Source of the DNA: an uncultured Bacteroidales bacterium
GTDB lineage: Bacteria > Bacteroidota > Bacteroidia > Bacteroidales > Paludibacteraceae
Direction: 5' to 3'
DNA length: 64,000 bases
NCBI GenBank assembly: GCA_902766045.1
Contig: CACXCA010000005.1
Coordinates: forward strand, 1,704-65,703
Notes under the pieces: model-generated
The model's input: only the letters and a program-made list of their open reading frames with translations
What the model was told of the DNA's origin: nothing
The model's database searches: none
Position numbers and translations under genes: made by a program
Shown here: positions 19,601 through 34,600 of the stretch, one piece after another
Position numbering within the stretch: the first letter of the stretch is position 1
Layout: the number at the start of each line of letters is the position of its first letter

Positions 19601-22600
19601 GTTAATGTTTTGTCTTCACCGAAGCATACATAATCACCTCCGTCGATATCTAATGCTACATTAGGAAGAGGATTAACTTTTACAGTAGCCTTCTTGGTTG
19701 TCTTACAACCTTCTGTTGACATACCGATTACTATATATTGTTTTGTATCGTCGATTACTTCTGTCAAACGAACGTCGCTCTTGAATCCTTCACCCCAATC
19801 ATATGATAGTCCATTGTTGCTTGCCGTGATTTGTGCTTCATCGCCGGCACATATTGGGCTGTTGGTGACAAGATTGAATGCAGGATCAGCATATACAGAT
19901 ACGGTAACCTCTTTGCTGCCTACGCAACCCTTCTCATCAGTCCCTTCTATTATATATTTCGTAGGAGTTGAAATAGCTCCTGTTGTGTAAGTGGCTTTTG
20001 ATGAAAGAGTCGTCGTGCTATTGTTCTTGTGCCATCTATATTTCGTAATAGTTGATGCACTTGAAGCACTAAGAATAGCTTTGTCCTTTTTACAAACGGT
20101 TGTGTCTTTTGCTAAGATAGTTGGCAATGTCCATACACCCACGTTGAAATCTTGTGTAGTAGTACATTGTGATACCTTATCAGTAACGTCAACTGTAAAG
20201 TTGGTACTTTGCTTGATAGTACGTGAGATGGATGCGTTTGTCTCGTTAACATCATGATTCCATAGATAATCACATGTCATAGCAGAACCATCTGGATAGG
20301 TGGCGCTTGCCGTGATAGTGATGTCGGAGTTCTTACAAACTGCCATTGGATTATCGATGGTTACGACAGGGTAATCATACTTCTTAATGAAAATCTCTTT
20401 AGATGTAGAGTCGCAACCAAAGCTGTTCCATGCTCTAACAGTGAAGGATGTATCGCTTGTAATCTTTGGCATGTAGATTTGTGAACGAGACACGATATTA
20501 CCATACTTGTCTTTCCATTCGTATGACAATGCATCATTTGAAGCTTCCAGTGTGGCAATTGTACCTTCACAGTAACCTTCTTTATGACTAACAGTGAATT
20601 TAGGAAGTTCATTGATGTTAACAGTGATCTTGTCTTTGTTTATACAGCCGTTGATATCCTTACCCCATACTTGAACCTCTTTTTGCGTACGTAAATTTAT
20701 CAACTCAATCCAGTCGGTCTCCTCGTAATTATCTTCACTGTCCCAACTGTATGATACACCACCCTCAGCAATGATTCTTACACTAGAACCTTTACATATA
20801 GACTTGCTAGGAGAATCTTGAATCTTGATGTTTGGAGATGCAGATACTTTTACGGTAACCGTTTCTTCGGACTTACATCCGTTCATGGTTGCAGTTACAT
20901 AGTATGTCTGGTCTTTGTAAAGATTTCCAGTAGATACTTCACGTTTGGATGAGAGTACTGTGCCAGCTGAATTGCCCACGTACCATTTATAGCTGGCAGA
21001 CTCATTCTTTCCTTTCATTGTTCCGCTCAATCCTTCACATACGTATGGAGGAATTTCAAGCATCATGTTAGGATATGGTTTGGTGCCTATATTTATGGTT
21101 CTTTTATCTACACAAGTAGTGGTAGGATCCATCGCATATACTGTGATATTTGTTGGCTCATCTATTTGATAGTTATAACTGAATAAGGATTGATAACCCT
21201 TGTCTTCCCAGTTGTATGTCAACTTCTTGTTATTAGTCTTCACAGTTGCTTCTTTTCCTTCACACACTTTTGAACTTGATGTTAGTGTGAATTCAGGAAG
21301 AGAGTTGACAACGACTGTTGTACTGTCAGCATTCTTACATCCATATTCATCTGTTACAACCACTTTGTATTCTGTTGTTTCTGTTGGTGATTGAGAGATG
21401 GATCGTTCGTTGCCAATTGTGTTTTTAGTCTTGTTGTTAATCCATTGATAGTTTGCTAATCCTTGGGTCGCCTCCAATGTGAATGGAGAGCCAAAACAGA
21501 TAGCTGCATCGCCTGCGATGGATACAAATGGCAAATCACGGGTGGTGGCAGATAATGTCTGGCTTGTCGTACATCTTACCTCATCGCTGCCATATTGCTT
21601 ATATACGTATGTTGCATTGGCAGTGAAGTTTTCAAATGTAGTTGCAATCTTTTGTGTGATTTGCTCTGGGTGAAGTGCTTCCGTTATATTTCTGCCTGCA
21701 GCATTTCTCCATTCAATTATAGCGTTGGCAATCGGTTGGATGGATAGGGTAGCATTGTCGCCTTTGCAGACTTCCACATTGTTTTTGTCAACTACGATGG
21801 TAGGATACTCTTTTGCACGTACATAGAATGTATATGTGGAGTCGCAAGAGTGTTGGTTGATAGCTGTGACGGAAACTTCAACGTCATTGTCGATATCGTT
21901 GATTTCAACATAATCACCATGTCTCTCTACACCATTGATAAACCACTTATATGATACATTGTCATTGTTATTGACGTTAGCATATAGGGCTGTACTTCCG
22001 CCATGACATACCACTGTGTCTCCAGAAATGCTGAACTTAGGTTTTTCGTGGATATAGACGTTAACTTCATCCTTGTTTTCACATCCGTTAGCATCCTTAC
22101 CCCAAACAAACACTTTAGTTTCTTGGTTCATGTTTTCTGATGAATAACTATTATCATCTTCGTAATCTCCGTCATTCTTATTCCATCGATATGATTCACC
22201 ACCAGAGGCTGTCAGTATGAGGGTACTTGTACGACATACGGCTGTATTGCCTTCTTCAATCTTGATGGTTGGCAATGGATTGAAGCTAACTGTAACTTCT
22301 TTGGTTTGAGTACATCCATTGTTCGTTCCTTTGACTGAGAAAGTCTTTACGTCGGTAATGTTATCTGTGACATACGTATTTTCTTTCAGAGTTTCATCGC
22401 CATTCCATATATATGTCGTTGTTCCAGAAGTGATTGCATCTGATACAACAAGGGTGGCCGGTGTGTTATAACATACAGGGCTGTTGCTTTGGATGGATAG
22501 ATCTGGATTTGGCTTCCATACTAGATTATGAAGAACTGGTTCTGACTCACATCCGTTACCATCTTTTGCTTTAATCTCAAATGATTTCTGTCCTGTTTGG

Positions 22601-25600
22601 GTGATTTCAGGAGTTTCGTATGTGTTCTTGTTTGAGAAGTCTCCTGATCCCCAGTTGTATTGCAATTGTTTATTGCTTGCTGTCAAAATGGCTGTTCCAC
22701 CATCACAGACGGCACCACCCATATTGTCTGTTACTGTGAATGTAGGTATTGTATCCACATTGACATCATGGAATGCTGAATCAGAACATCCGAAGTGATC
22801 TTTTGCGATAACCTTGTAGGTGGTGTATGTAAGCGGTGTAACTGTGAATAGTTCATCATTCTGTGATGATTGGTTGCCTGACGTTGTGTCAGTCCATACA
22901 TAGTTGTAAGGTCCTGTAGTACCGGTTGCTGCAGCTGTCAGTGTTATGCTTTCTCCTGAACACAAAGAGCTTGCGCCAGAGATAGTTACTGTTGGAATCG
23001 GTTTCACAGGAATTGTTACTTCTGCGTCAGAGCGACAAACCAATGTGCTGGTGAATGTCTCAGTTCCTTTTGTATTACTAATTAGATAAGAACTATATCC
23101 GGCAAATGAGAATGTCTCATCATCGGTCAGTTTCTTACTGATAGGCCATTCTTGAGTTAAGTCTAACAATTCACGGTTATACTCAATTGAGTCTGTGTTT
23201 GATATAGTTGAACCGTTTATAGAGAGACGTATCTTTGCCTCATTGTTCATACATACGTATTCTGGAGCCTCAGTGATTGATATGACAGGTTTGTCTTTAA
23301 CCATTATGTAGAAATGCTTAGTAGCTTCGCATGAAGATGAAGCGGTAGCTACAACATTATATGTGGCATCTTCCGTTACATTTTCTACAAGAATGGATTT
23401 AGTATTGCTTTGTCCATTCGACCATGAAAGAGATGAGGCATTTAAATCGCCAGCATTCATCTGAAGTGTGACATTCTCACCATAACATACGCCAACGTTC
23501 TCGTTGTCCAACTCAAACGTAGGTGTTGTTGCACGATATATACCGATTGGTTGTGAAACGTTGGAACAAGTATAATTTGGATTTGTGTATGTGGTTGTTC
23601 CTTTCACGATATAGTACGATGTTACATTTCCACTGTTTGGTGTCACCTCAAAGGAATTGTCTTGAACAACAGTATGAGTCGAATCGGTTTTCCATTTAGA
23701 ACCTGACTGCCATTCATACGTACTATTGCTTGGACCTTCTATAGAGATCTCTGCAGTGTTTTCACCTACGCAGATGAAGGCTGGACCAGATAATGTAAAG
23801 ACTGGTAGCTCATGGACAGATATCCGAGCTGTTTCAGAATGTGAACAAGTGAACGATTTGTTATTGATTGTCACCTTCTTTTTAGCTGACACTTCATACT
23901 CGTATGGTACTACATTTGCTGCTTTCACTGATGATTCTTTCCATCTTGTTGAAGTGGATGATGTTTTGTCAGGCCATGTATAGGTATAAGTGCCTGCAGC
24001 ATTCTTAATTTCAATTTCAGCCGTATCTTTATAGCAAATGTCTGCGCTGTAATCTAATTCGAATTCTGGATTTGTAATAACTTGTACACTCTTTTCAGCG
24101 GTGTATGTACATCCGTTTTGGTCTGATACAGTGACTCTAAATGTGGTGTCTTTTGTTATCTGAACAACAGAAGAGGTTGCTGTTCTGTCAGGATTCACAT
24201 CACCCCAATTATAGGATGTAGGTGTAGAACTACCACTCACTTTTTTCGTTGTCAATGTAATATTATTTCCTTCGCAGGCTGCAGCATCACCATTCAGTTG
24301 AATCTTTGGTAATGGATTCACATTGACGTAATAAGAAGCATTGTTCGAACAATTATTGTTGTCGGTTACTTTAACGGTATAGTAGCCATCGTCTGTGCTC
24401 TTAGCTTTATTTATTGAATATTGACTTGTTGTAACGGAAGTGGAGGTGCCGTCTGTCGTTTGTCCTTTCCACCATTCGTATGATTCAAATCCCTCATTTG
24501 CGTTAAGAGTTATGTCGTCATCAATACATAGAGAAGATTCTCCATTTGCTGCGTAACCGTTGATAGTTACCTCAGGTAATGGATTAACTGTTATAGTAAA
24601 CGTAGCTTCGTTTTTACATCCGTTTTCTGTTGCCTCTACGGTGTATCTTGTAGTTGTCTTAGGTGAGAGTGTACGTGTCGCTCCTGTGTTTTGTGATGTG
24701 TATTCACCCTCTTCCGTGTCTGACAACCATCTGAAGGTTGGTGAGTTGTTGGCCTCAGTGGCTAATGTTACCTGTTTTGAACCATTAAGACAGATGGTCG
24801 CATCAGATACTACGATGACTGGTTTGTCTTTCTTGTTAACAGTGAATGGTGCGGATGTTGCAGAACATCCGTCTTTCGTGGTACCTTTTACAGTGAATTC
24901 AGTTTCGCCATTGATGATTGGTTGTATGTTGTCTCCAATCTCACCTGTGCTCCATTCATAGGTGCCTAGTTCGCCAGCTCCTTTCGCAGTGAGATTTGCA
25001 GCTGAACCAACACAGACAGGAGAGACTCCTTCAATTGTAATTTCTGGTGTCTTAGATACAGAAACAGTGAAAGGGTCTGACAACTTGCTTTGGCATCCGT
25101 GATCGTCTTCTACCTTTACTTGGAAGGTATAAGTGCCAGTTGTTTCGCTTAATGCACTCGTTGTAACAGTTTCTTCATTCGTGTTTGTGGAATAATTTTC
25201 TCCTATCCATGTGTACTTATAAGGACTTTTTCCTTCTGATGCTACAGCTTTCAATCTTGCAGTTCCTTTATCACATGTCAGTTTATCACCTTCAATGTTG
25301 ACAACTGGATTGTTCCAGTAGTTGACAGACAATTCAGCCGATGCCTTACAATTATAATGAGTGTAGGTATATGCGGTGAATGTACGGGCATCGTTGATTG
25401 TGATGCCGCCTAAAATTGCGTCATCAGCGATTGACATATCGTTCTCGTCATGCCATTCGAATCTTTCACCTTCTGCACTGCTAGCTGTTACGTCCTTCAT
25501 GACATCCCCTTTACATACTGATATGTTGTTTTCGGATAATGTTATGGTTGGAATGTTCTCTTTTGTTATTGCGTGTTCGACCGTATCTGAACATTGTGTC

Positions 25601-28600
25601 TCAATATTAGTAACCACTAGCTTGTATGTAGTGTCTTTGCTAATTGTTTCAGTCCTAGATGTTGCTGTACTACCATTGTCAAGCCATACATAGCTATAGG
25701 CTGATGTGTTAGCATCTTTTACACTGAATATTGCTTCTTCTCCATCACATACATGTTTGTCTCCTTCTATTTCAGCAGAAGGTAATTTGTTCACATTCAC
25801 TGTGAATGTAGTTTGGTTGCTACATTCTTGGTCGGCAGCCAATTGAATAGAAGCAGTTGCAGTGTAGGTGGTTTGTGCTTCAGGATTAACGGTGATGGTA
25901 CTTTCATTTCCAAGATCGTTGCTCCATGTAATATTATCTGCGGCTGTGCTGGCTGCGGTTAAGTCAATCTTATCGCCATCACATATATTAGCAGAACCAT
26001 CTATTTGGTTGTTAATTGTGATATCTGGTTTTTCTATTACTTGGATTGTGACTGTTGTATCATTTTCACAACCGTTGTCAGATACCACTCTCAATGAATA
26101 TTCGGTGGTTGTTATAGGTTTGAATGTGTAAGAGCCTTTGATCTCTTTTTCTCCATTTTCTTCTTTTATATATACCTTATCTCCTGCATTTGTTCCTGAA
26201 ATTTGAAGAGTTGTTTCACCGCCTGCACAGATGGTCTCAGTTCCAGATATATCAAAATGAGGAGTAGGGTAGTTGGTGAGTTCAATGGTATCATGATTGC
26301 TACAGTTACCGTCGTTAACTTCTACGTAGTACCATGTTGGTTCGTTGATGACTTCGGCTAATTTGTCTTCTCCGCTACCAGACATGACGATAGAGCCTTT
26401 GGATTCAGTTCCTTTGTCATAACTATACCAAACAATGCTTGTCATGTTACCATTGATGCCAATGCTTGAAGTCGCACCAGGACAATACTGAAGCTCTCCA
26501 TTGAATGTAATGGTCGGTTTCGGATTGACAGTGAATGAACCGGTTTTCTCTTTTGAACTACAACCGTTTTGTGTGATGATTAACGAATAAGAGTAATCAC
26601 CAGTGTTGGTAGGTTCGTAATCTGTAATAGTTTTGGTCGTGTATTCCGTTTGTGTGTAATCTTTTCGACCAATTTTCCATGCGTATTCCACACCTGTTTC
26701 GTCTGCAATATCTGCGTTAATTGTGATTTTATCGTCTTGACAGATAAAGCTTGGTACATCTATGCTATTGATGACTGGCAATGGGGTACTGTTAACTGTG
26801 AGTGGCTTTGTCGCACTACATCCGTTTAATGTTCCTGTCACTGTGAAGGTGACAGTTCCTTCGATTTTCTCCGTGATGAATGTGCCTGTTTTGTGAGATG
26901 TCCAGCCTTCTTTAAACCAATCAAAGTCTGTTCCGTTAGCATAATTTATGACAGACAATGGCTTGCTTTCCCCTTCGCAGGCAGTAATATCGCTGAAATT
27001 CCATGTAGGAACATCTCTTCCGATGACTTCATATTGTATCTCATCAGCCTGACATACGAGGGTTGAACCATCCGATAATCCGTATGATTGTTTAGCTGTC
27101 ACATAATATGTCTCGCTTGCGCTGGAACTAGAAACGGTGACGCTCAAATCTTTTGCGTTTCCTAATGTTATGTTAGATCCATTGTCTTTCCTATACCATT
27201 CATAGCTATACAAAGATGCGTTATCACCAGTGATGGTAAGTGTGATGATAGAATCTTTACATGGCGCATCGTTCGTAGTAATTGATATGCCACTTGGCTT
27301 ATCGTATTCTTCGATTGTAATGCTTTTTGTCTCGGATACACAGTTTGTGGTAGGGTCCGTACCAGTTACTTCGTAGGTTCCTGCTTCACTTACTGTAATA
27401 GGGTTCTCACCTGCTGTGTGGCCTACCCATTGATAGTTGAGCGCTGTGCCAAAATTCTCTGTGGCAGTTAATGTTGAAGAACCTCCTTCACAGAATGCTT
27501 TGTCACCTGTTATGCTGATGACAGGAAGTGCGTGGATGGTTACATCTACAGGGACCTCTGTGATACATCCTTGATCCGTTACGGTTACTGTATATGTGAC
27601 AACCTTTGTGTTGTTAGTCACGGTTGCAGGTGTGTTATAGGTTGCTCCTGCTGGTGCATTTTGCCATTGTACAGATGCAGTGTTTGATGTCGGAGTAGCC
27701 GTAAGTGGAATAGATAATCCGCTACATACATGACGATCATTTTCTGCAGGTGTGATTGTGATGTTTGGCTCTGCAATGACTGAGATATCCTTAGGCTCTG
27801 ATTTGCTGTTACAATGGTACTCGTCTGTTCCTGTTGCAACGATTGTTAAATCAGAAGTGATGTTTTTAATCGTAATACTTGTTTGTGCTACGTTGTTATA
27901 AACAACATTGTTATAGATGTCTCCTGTGACTTTGTTTTTGATTGTCCAGGTGTAACTTTCAGCTCCCTCAGCAGTGTAAGTGGCATCCTTACCATAACAT
28001 ACTTCCTCATTTCCGAAAATCTCAATTGTCTTAGGACGAATGATGTTGACTTGTTGAGTGAGGGTGGTCGAACAGTTTGTTGTCTCATCTGTTATATTAA
28101 CAGAGTAGTTACGAGATTGATCAAGACCGTTCTGTTCTGTGATTTCAACCCCTGTTTTTGAGACTCCAGTTTCGCCCCATGTCCAAGTGGCATCGTTGAA
28201 TTGTGTGCTAGCTGAACCTGGTGTTACTTTTAGTGTAAATTGTGTATTGCTACATAGATCTACAGCGGCACCGTTTGTTTCTTGTCCGTTGACTAAAATA
28301 TTGGCAGTAGGTGCGTTTTTCAACTCGACATAAACGGTTGAGTCTTTCGTACAACTTCCTAGTTTGGCTGTGATGCTATATCCTCTTCTTCCGTTTAAGT
28401 TGTCGTTGGATGTCCATGTCTTTGTTGATCCATTGTAACTGCCATTAGTAGGCCAGTCAAAGCTGTCGGCTGTACTGTTAGCCCCTACATGCAATATTGC
28501 TTTTGTGGCAGGACAAATCTGTTCTGCTGTTACACCTACAATTGGCTTGCTGTTGACTGTAATCTTTTTGGTCGCTTCACCAGTACAATTATAGTCGTTG

Positions 28601-31600
28601 GTTACCACCAATTTATATGTGGTGGTTTCTTCTGGTGTCTCTGTCCATGAGTTGATCGTGGATGATAACTGAGTTGTCTCTCCCGTACTGGCTACACTAT
28701 ACCATTGATAACTGTTATAGGCTCCTTCAGTATAGACTTGTACAGGGTCGCCCTTACATATATTACCACTATTATTTGGCGTATTGTCAAGTATTGTAAC
28801 TGTTGGTTCAGCTTGTACTTCATACGATATTTCTGCATTGTTCGTACAAGTTTTGTTATCTGTGGTGAGTGATGCAGTACCTCTATAGGTTACATATCCT
28901 GTTGCGGAGCTGTTGACGGTGATTGGATTTGTACTGTTGCTTATACTTCCCCAATTTTCTCCGTTTTTCTTTTCCCATGTTATGGAAGAACCCGCAGTGA
29001 CATAAGCCGTGATTTTGTTGTCCGTGTTAGGGCATACGTTTTTCTTCTCAACGTCCAATGAGATACTTGGTGTTGGCTTAACACTAATTACAATTGGAAT
29101 TTCAATAGTACATTTGTCGTTCGCTGTATTGTCACCAGCTATGACAGTTAATGTTTTGTCACTGGTTAGAGCTTCGATGTCAGGAATTGATGATCCTGTT
29201 CCTATTTGTTTGTCACCATCCTTCCAAATGTATGATTCAGCTCCACTCAAAGTGATATCTGTTGGTTTGGTTCCACTACAAATTGGGTCGTTACCATTTA
29301 CTGTTATAGTTGGAGCGGTACCTTTTGTAATGGTGAATTTTTTTGTTGTTGGACAGTTATTTGCATTCCAACCTCTCACATATCCAGTTACTGTATTGAC
29401 ATTTTCAGCCAATGTGAACTGATTTGAAGAACCTTGAATACCTGTACTTGTAGAGTCTGCGTCCAACCATAAGAAGTTAGTAGCCGTACCGTTCTCACAT
29501 ACTAGTGTGACAGGTTTGTCAGTACATGCGGCATTGACTTGTCTTACATCAAATGTTGCTTTCGGATGAATGTAAACAGTGACGCTTTCAGTAGATGAAC
29601 AACCTCCATCTGTTGCTGTTGCTGTATATTCGCGAGAAGCCTCTTCTGTGGTTGAAATGGTATGCGTCAATTCTTTGTCCGTTGATGTTTGATTGTTACC
29701 ATATACCCAAGAATAGGTATATGCATCATTTGAACCATATATGCGAATTGGCTCATCAGAACATACAGTATTATCTGGTTTGTCGGTTGTTACAGAAAAT
29801 ACTGGTTTTAGCTTCACTGTTGCATTATATGATTCTGTCGTTTCACATGTTGATAGAGCTTTGAGCCTTGCTGTTACTGTCACCATTTCTGCATGGTTAA
29901 GTGTCATCTCTATTGAGCCACTATTATTAAGTGTCGCATTGGCTCCGTTGTATGTCCAATAGTAATTTACATCATTCGAAAGGTTACTAATGGAGATTGT
30001 GCCTTTGTCTTTTTCACAAACTTCTGTATAGTTAAATTGAATCGTCGGTTTGCTCTTTCTCTCTACTTCTGTTGTGTCATGTCCAATACAGCCGTTCTCG
30101 TCAATGACTTTTAGAACATACGCTGTGCGTTCTTGGGTAGGTGTTAGATCAATAGTTTTATTAGAACCTAACACGAAATCTTCATTTTCGCGAACACTCC
30201 AAGCGTAAGTAGTAAAGTCTTTGTTGGCTTCAAGTGAAATGCTTGAGCCCTCACAAACTAGCGAGCCATTAGGTTTGTTAATGGTGACTGTTGGATTTTT
30301 GTATACACTTAGATTGTAATCATTTTCACTTTTACATTGAAGAGTGCCTTTTGTGGTTGCAACAACATGATAGGTCACTGTTTTGTAAGCATTAGAGCCT
30401 GTGTAGGTCAACTTGTTTTCTCCTTCTGTTAACACGGCTCCTTCTGCTGTATATGTAGAGGAACTGCTACTGCTCCATACGAAATCACAGTTGGCAGCTG
30501 CGGCAGTTAATTGGAAAGGTTCTCCAGAACATATCTTTGAAGCTCCAGTGAAGGATATAACAGGTTTGTCTGTTACGTGAACAGTAACAAATGTATCCAT
30601 CGTACAGCCTGTACTATTTTCTACAGTGATTCTATATGTGGTTTCATCCGTAATATTGTTAAATGTTCGGGACGGACTAGCACCTCCTATACTCTCTGTT
30701 GTAACACCATCTATAGCCCAGATGATCTTTGTTACATTATTAATTTTAATGGTTGCATTATCTCCCTTACATATTGAAATCTCATCCCATTGTGGACGTG
30801 GTTTGCTATTAGGCGTAATCGAGTATGGAGTAGAAGTTCCTTTACAGCCATTGTCATCCGTTCCATCAACGGTGAACGAAATTGGACCTTCAATAGTTGG
30901 TGTGATAGATGTTCCTGTTCTTTCTGATGTTCCATCTTTCCAGATATATGTTCTAGCACCTGATGCAGTTAATGTAACTGGGTCGTTCACACATATATTT
31001 GTGTTATTTGCATTTATATGGATGACTGGCAGAGTATCGACTGTTATCATGATACTATCTTCTCCTTCACAGGAACCATCTAAACCAGTAACTTTGTATT
31101 TGATTTCGCCTGTAGTTGTTGGTGCTACACGTGCTTTGGATGGATCATTAAGATCTTGGGTTAATCCATTATTTACTTCCCATGTGTAGCTTCCATTGAT
31201 ACCTGCTCCAGAAGCAGTCAACGTTGCATAATCTCCTAAACAGATAGCTCTAGAAATTGGGTCTGATGATATCTTTATGTCGGGACGTGCATTGACTGTT
31301 ACAGTTGCTGATTTAGCCTCGCTTGTACAGCCGTTGAGGGTACCTGTGATAGAGTAGGTGCGACTCTCGTTTAACGTCTCAGTTTGATAATTGGTTTCGG
31401 TATTGCTCTGATTTGCGGCTATTTCTGCATGTCCATTCCCTGCCCATGTGAGGGTATATGAAGTTGCATCACCCGTCAATTTGATAGTTGCGGTTTGCTC
31501 GCTACAGATGTTTGCATTGGTGGCTGTGAATGAAGGAATTGGTTTTGTGTTTACAGTGAAGTTTGTCTCACCATAGCAGCCGTTGACATTACTTCCTTTT

Positions 31601-34600
31601 ACGGTATATGAAGTTGTGTCTTCTACAGTAGGACGATATATTGCACCACCTCCAATGATTTCTCCACCTCTGGTCCATTGGTAGTCGTTGTTATCTGCAC
31701 CTGTCGCAGTCATTTGATAACTGTCACCTTTACATACTTCTCCTTCTCCATTGACAAGACCATTGATATAAAGAGTAGGTTTCTTGTTGACGTTGACCTT
31801 GTATGATGCAGATGCAGTACATGCTGTAGTTGCGTCTGTTACGGTTACTGTAGCAGTGGCTTCTGATGCATTTGTTTCTGGCTTTAAGAAGTATGAATTG
31901 GTAACATCAGTAGCGGATCCATTCCACTTGTATGATACTGTATTAGGAGATACAGCTTTTAGTTCGATTGAATCGCCCTCACAGATGCTGCTTCTTCCAT
32001 CTTCATTTGTAATAGTTACAGAAGGTATGTCTTTTACTTCTATATCGATTGTGTCATGTTTTGTACAGCCTGTTGTCGCATTGGTTAATGTGGCTGTGAT
32101 GTGGTATGTTTTTGCAACATTCAATGTGGTGTCAAAAGAGAAAGTATGGAGGTCGCTTCTGCCAATCCATACAATGCTGGCATTTGTCTCTGTTGTGGAT
32201 GCTGTAATGGTAACTTTTTCGCCACGACAGATTGGGTTCTTGCTAGCCGAAAGTGTCAAGTTAGGTTCCTGTGCGACTTTTAAATTGAAATCGACAGGTG
32301 CTGATTCACAACCGTTAGTGTTTTTACCTTTTACTGTGTATATGTGAGGCGCAGAGATTCCTGTGATTTGGAAGTTGTCTGTTTTGTTATCTTGCTCAAC
32401 ATTATCAATATACCATGTCCAACCGTTGCTGCTCATGTTGGCATTGCCTGTTCCGCTCGCAATTAATTTTTCATTGTCACCTATACAATATTCTTTTGTG
32501 TCATCAGGCTCGATTTTGATTGTCGGCTTGGCAACGTATTGTATGAGTTTCGTGTCTGGTGTTGCAGGACAACCATTTTCACCTTTTGCATTCAATGTGA
32601 GTTGAATGTTATGCGTGACATTGTCGATTGTTATGGTGGATCCTTCACCTTGCCATGTTGCGTTGTCGTCACGAGTCCATTTATAGTCACTAATGCCTCC
32701 GATAGCTTTCACTTCCAATGTGCCATCTTCACATATCTCACCCTTGCCATTGTCGATACCGATGGCTTCTGGGGAGAAAACGTCAATGGTTATATCTTTC
32801 TGTGCCGTACAATTTTGTTCTGTGCTTGCAGTCACAACAAATGTCCGTTTGTTTGCAATTGGTGCTGTGGTGATTCTATTTGTTGTCTCACCATCGGTCC
32901 AATTCCATCTGCTTACAGCAGCTTGTGAATTTGTATTTGTGGCTTCGATGACAGTACTGCTGTCTTTACATACGACAGTTTTTGTGGCAGCCAAAGAGAG
33001 TACAGGGGTCTCCTTAGCTGTTACTTTCACCTTGGCAGTGTTGGTACAACCTATGTTGTCATACCCCTTTACTGTGTATGTGGCAGTTTCGTTGATTTGT
33101 GGATTGATAGCGTTGCATGCAGTACATGCATAATCTTTTGTCACATTGTTTTCTGTTGTATAAGTCCATGTGTATGATGTGGCTCCTTCAACTTCAATAG
33201 ACAGAGTGCTTCCTTTACATATAGAGGTGTCTTTTGTAGGAATCTTGATTTTGACATTAGGGTGATGGTTGACAGTGATTGAATATGGGTCACTTATGCC
33301 TACACAACCTTTGTCATTTTGTCCTTTCACATAGAATGTTGTTGAATTTGGATCTGCATCGAAAGTGACAACATCTGTTGTATATAATGGATTTGCAAAA
33401 TTGTTTGTCGTGCTCCATTTGTAGTTGCCAGCGGTTCCTCCTTTTGCTGTCAGAGAGACAGGTGAACCTTCACAATAGGTAGTGGAACCTACGATATAGA
33501 TGTTTGGCGGCGTTAGTACACTTAACGAGTAAGTGGTATCTACCTTACATCCTTCTTTCTCGATGGACAATGTAACAATGTAGTTGAAAATGTTTTCTCC
33601 GTTGAAATCAACGTTTCGATCATAGAATGTGTTGGTGTTAAGTCCGCTTGTCTGATGATTATTGTAAGATGGCGTCCATAAATAGGTGTAGCCTTCGAAG
33701 TTTTCCACTCCTAATTCAACGTCTAGTCCATTACATACATAGTCCTTGTTCGTATCAAGATTTTTGATTATAGGATATTCTTTTGCTCTGATACTTGTGG
33801 TGTCAGGTTCACTCTTGCAACCATGGACATCTTGTGCAATGACTACGAAATAGGTTGTTTGCGATAGAGGAAGTGAGATGTGATCGCCTGTCGCATCTCC
33901 GATATGGCTAGTAAGATCCTCTTTATATAATGTCCAGTTGTATGTGGCATAAGTTTGTCCGTCAACTTCTGCAGACAGTTCAGCAATTGAGTTGACACAA
34001 TATGCGTCTTTTGCTGGTGTAGCATGTACAACAGGATTGTCATATACAGGCATTTTTGCAGTTGTATGACCTTCACAATTATGATCATCCTTGGCTTTTA
34101 CAAGATATGTGTAGGTGCCTGATTGAGTAGAGTGTATTTGGATTTCACTGTTGTGATCTCCTGTGCCACTCATTGGTATTGTGTCAATTGTGGTACTTCC
34201 CGTTCTTTCTACGATTTCAAACCATGAGTAGTCTTTTCCTGTTCCAGCTCCGTTGGCAACAAGTATTGTGTCAAAACCTATACAAAGACCAGCTTCATGA
34301 CCTGTAATAGCCAAACCTGGAGCAGGTCTTACCACGATACTTTTCCTTAGTGAACTTGTACAGCTGATGGTTTTTCCATCTTCTGTATAGTTTTTCGTTC
34401 CCAATAATGTGTAATATACAATACCAGTACCCGAAGGCTTGTGCGTCAGTGATTGTTCTCGTCCAACAGTGTCGTTGTCGAAAATCCATATATATGAATC
34501 TGCATTTGTACCCGTTAATGTTGTGGCGGTATTCTCACACATTTCATCATCTAGGGTAATGCCAATTTCAGGATAAGGTTTTGTCTTGACGGATACAGAT

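Noticed and set aside
30626-33133. Several 130-190-aa plus-strand ORFs inside the giant gene (e.g. 30626-31189, 31784-32347, 32693-33133)
   Set aside because: They are antisense to a 24.8-kb ORF with a coherent domain structure. Their products are Ser/Val/Leu-rich low-complexity strings, and the smaller track ORFs within 13817-38629 are the same kind of artefact.
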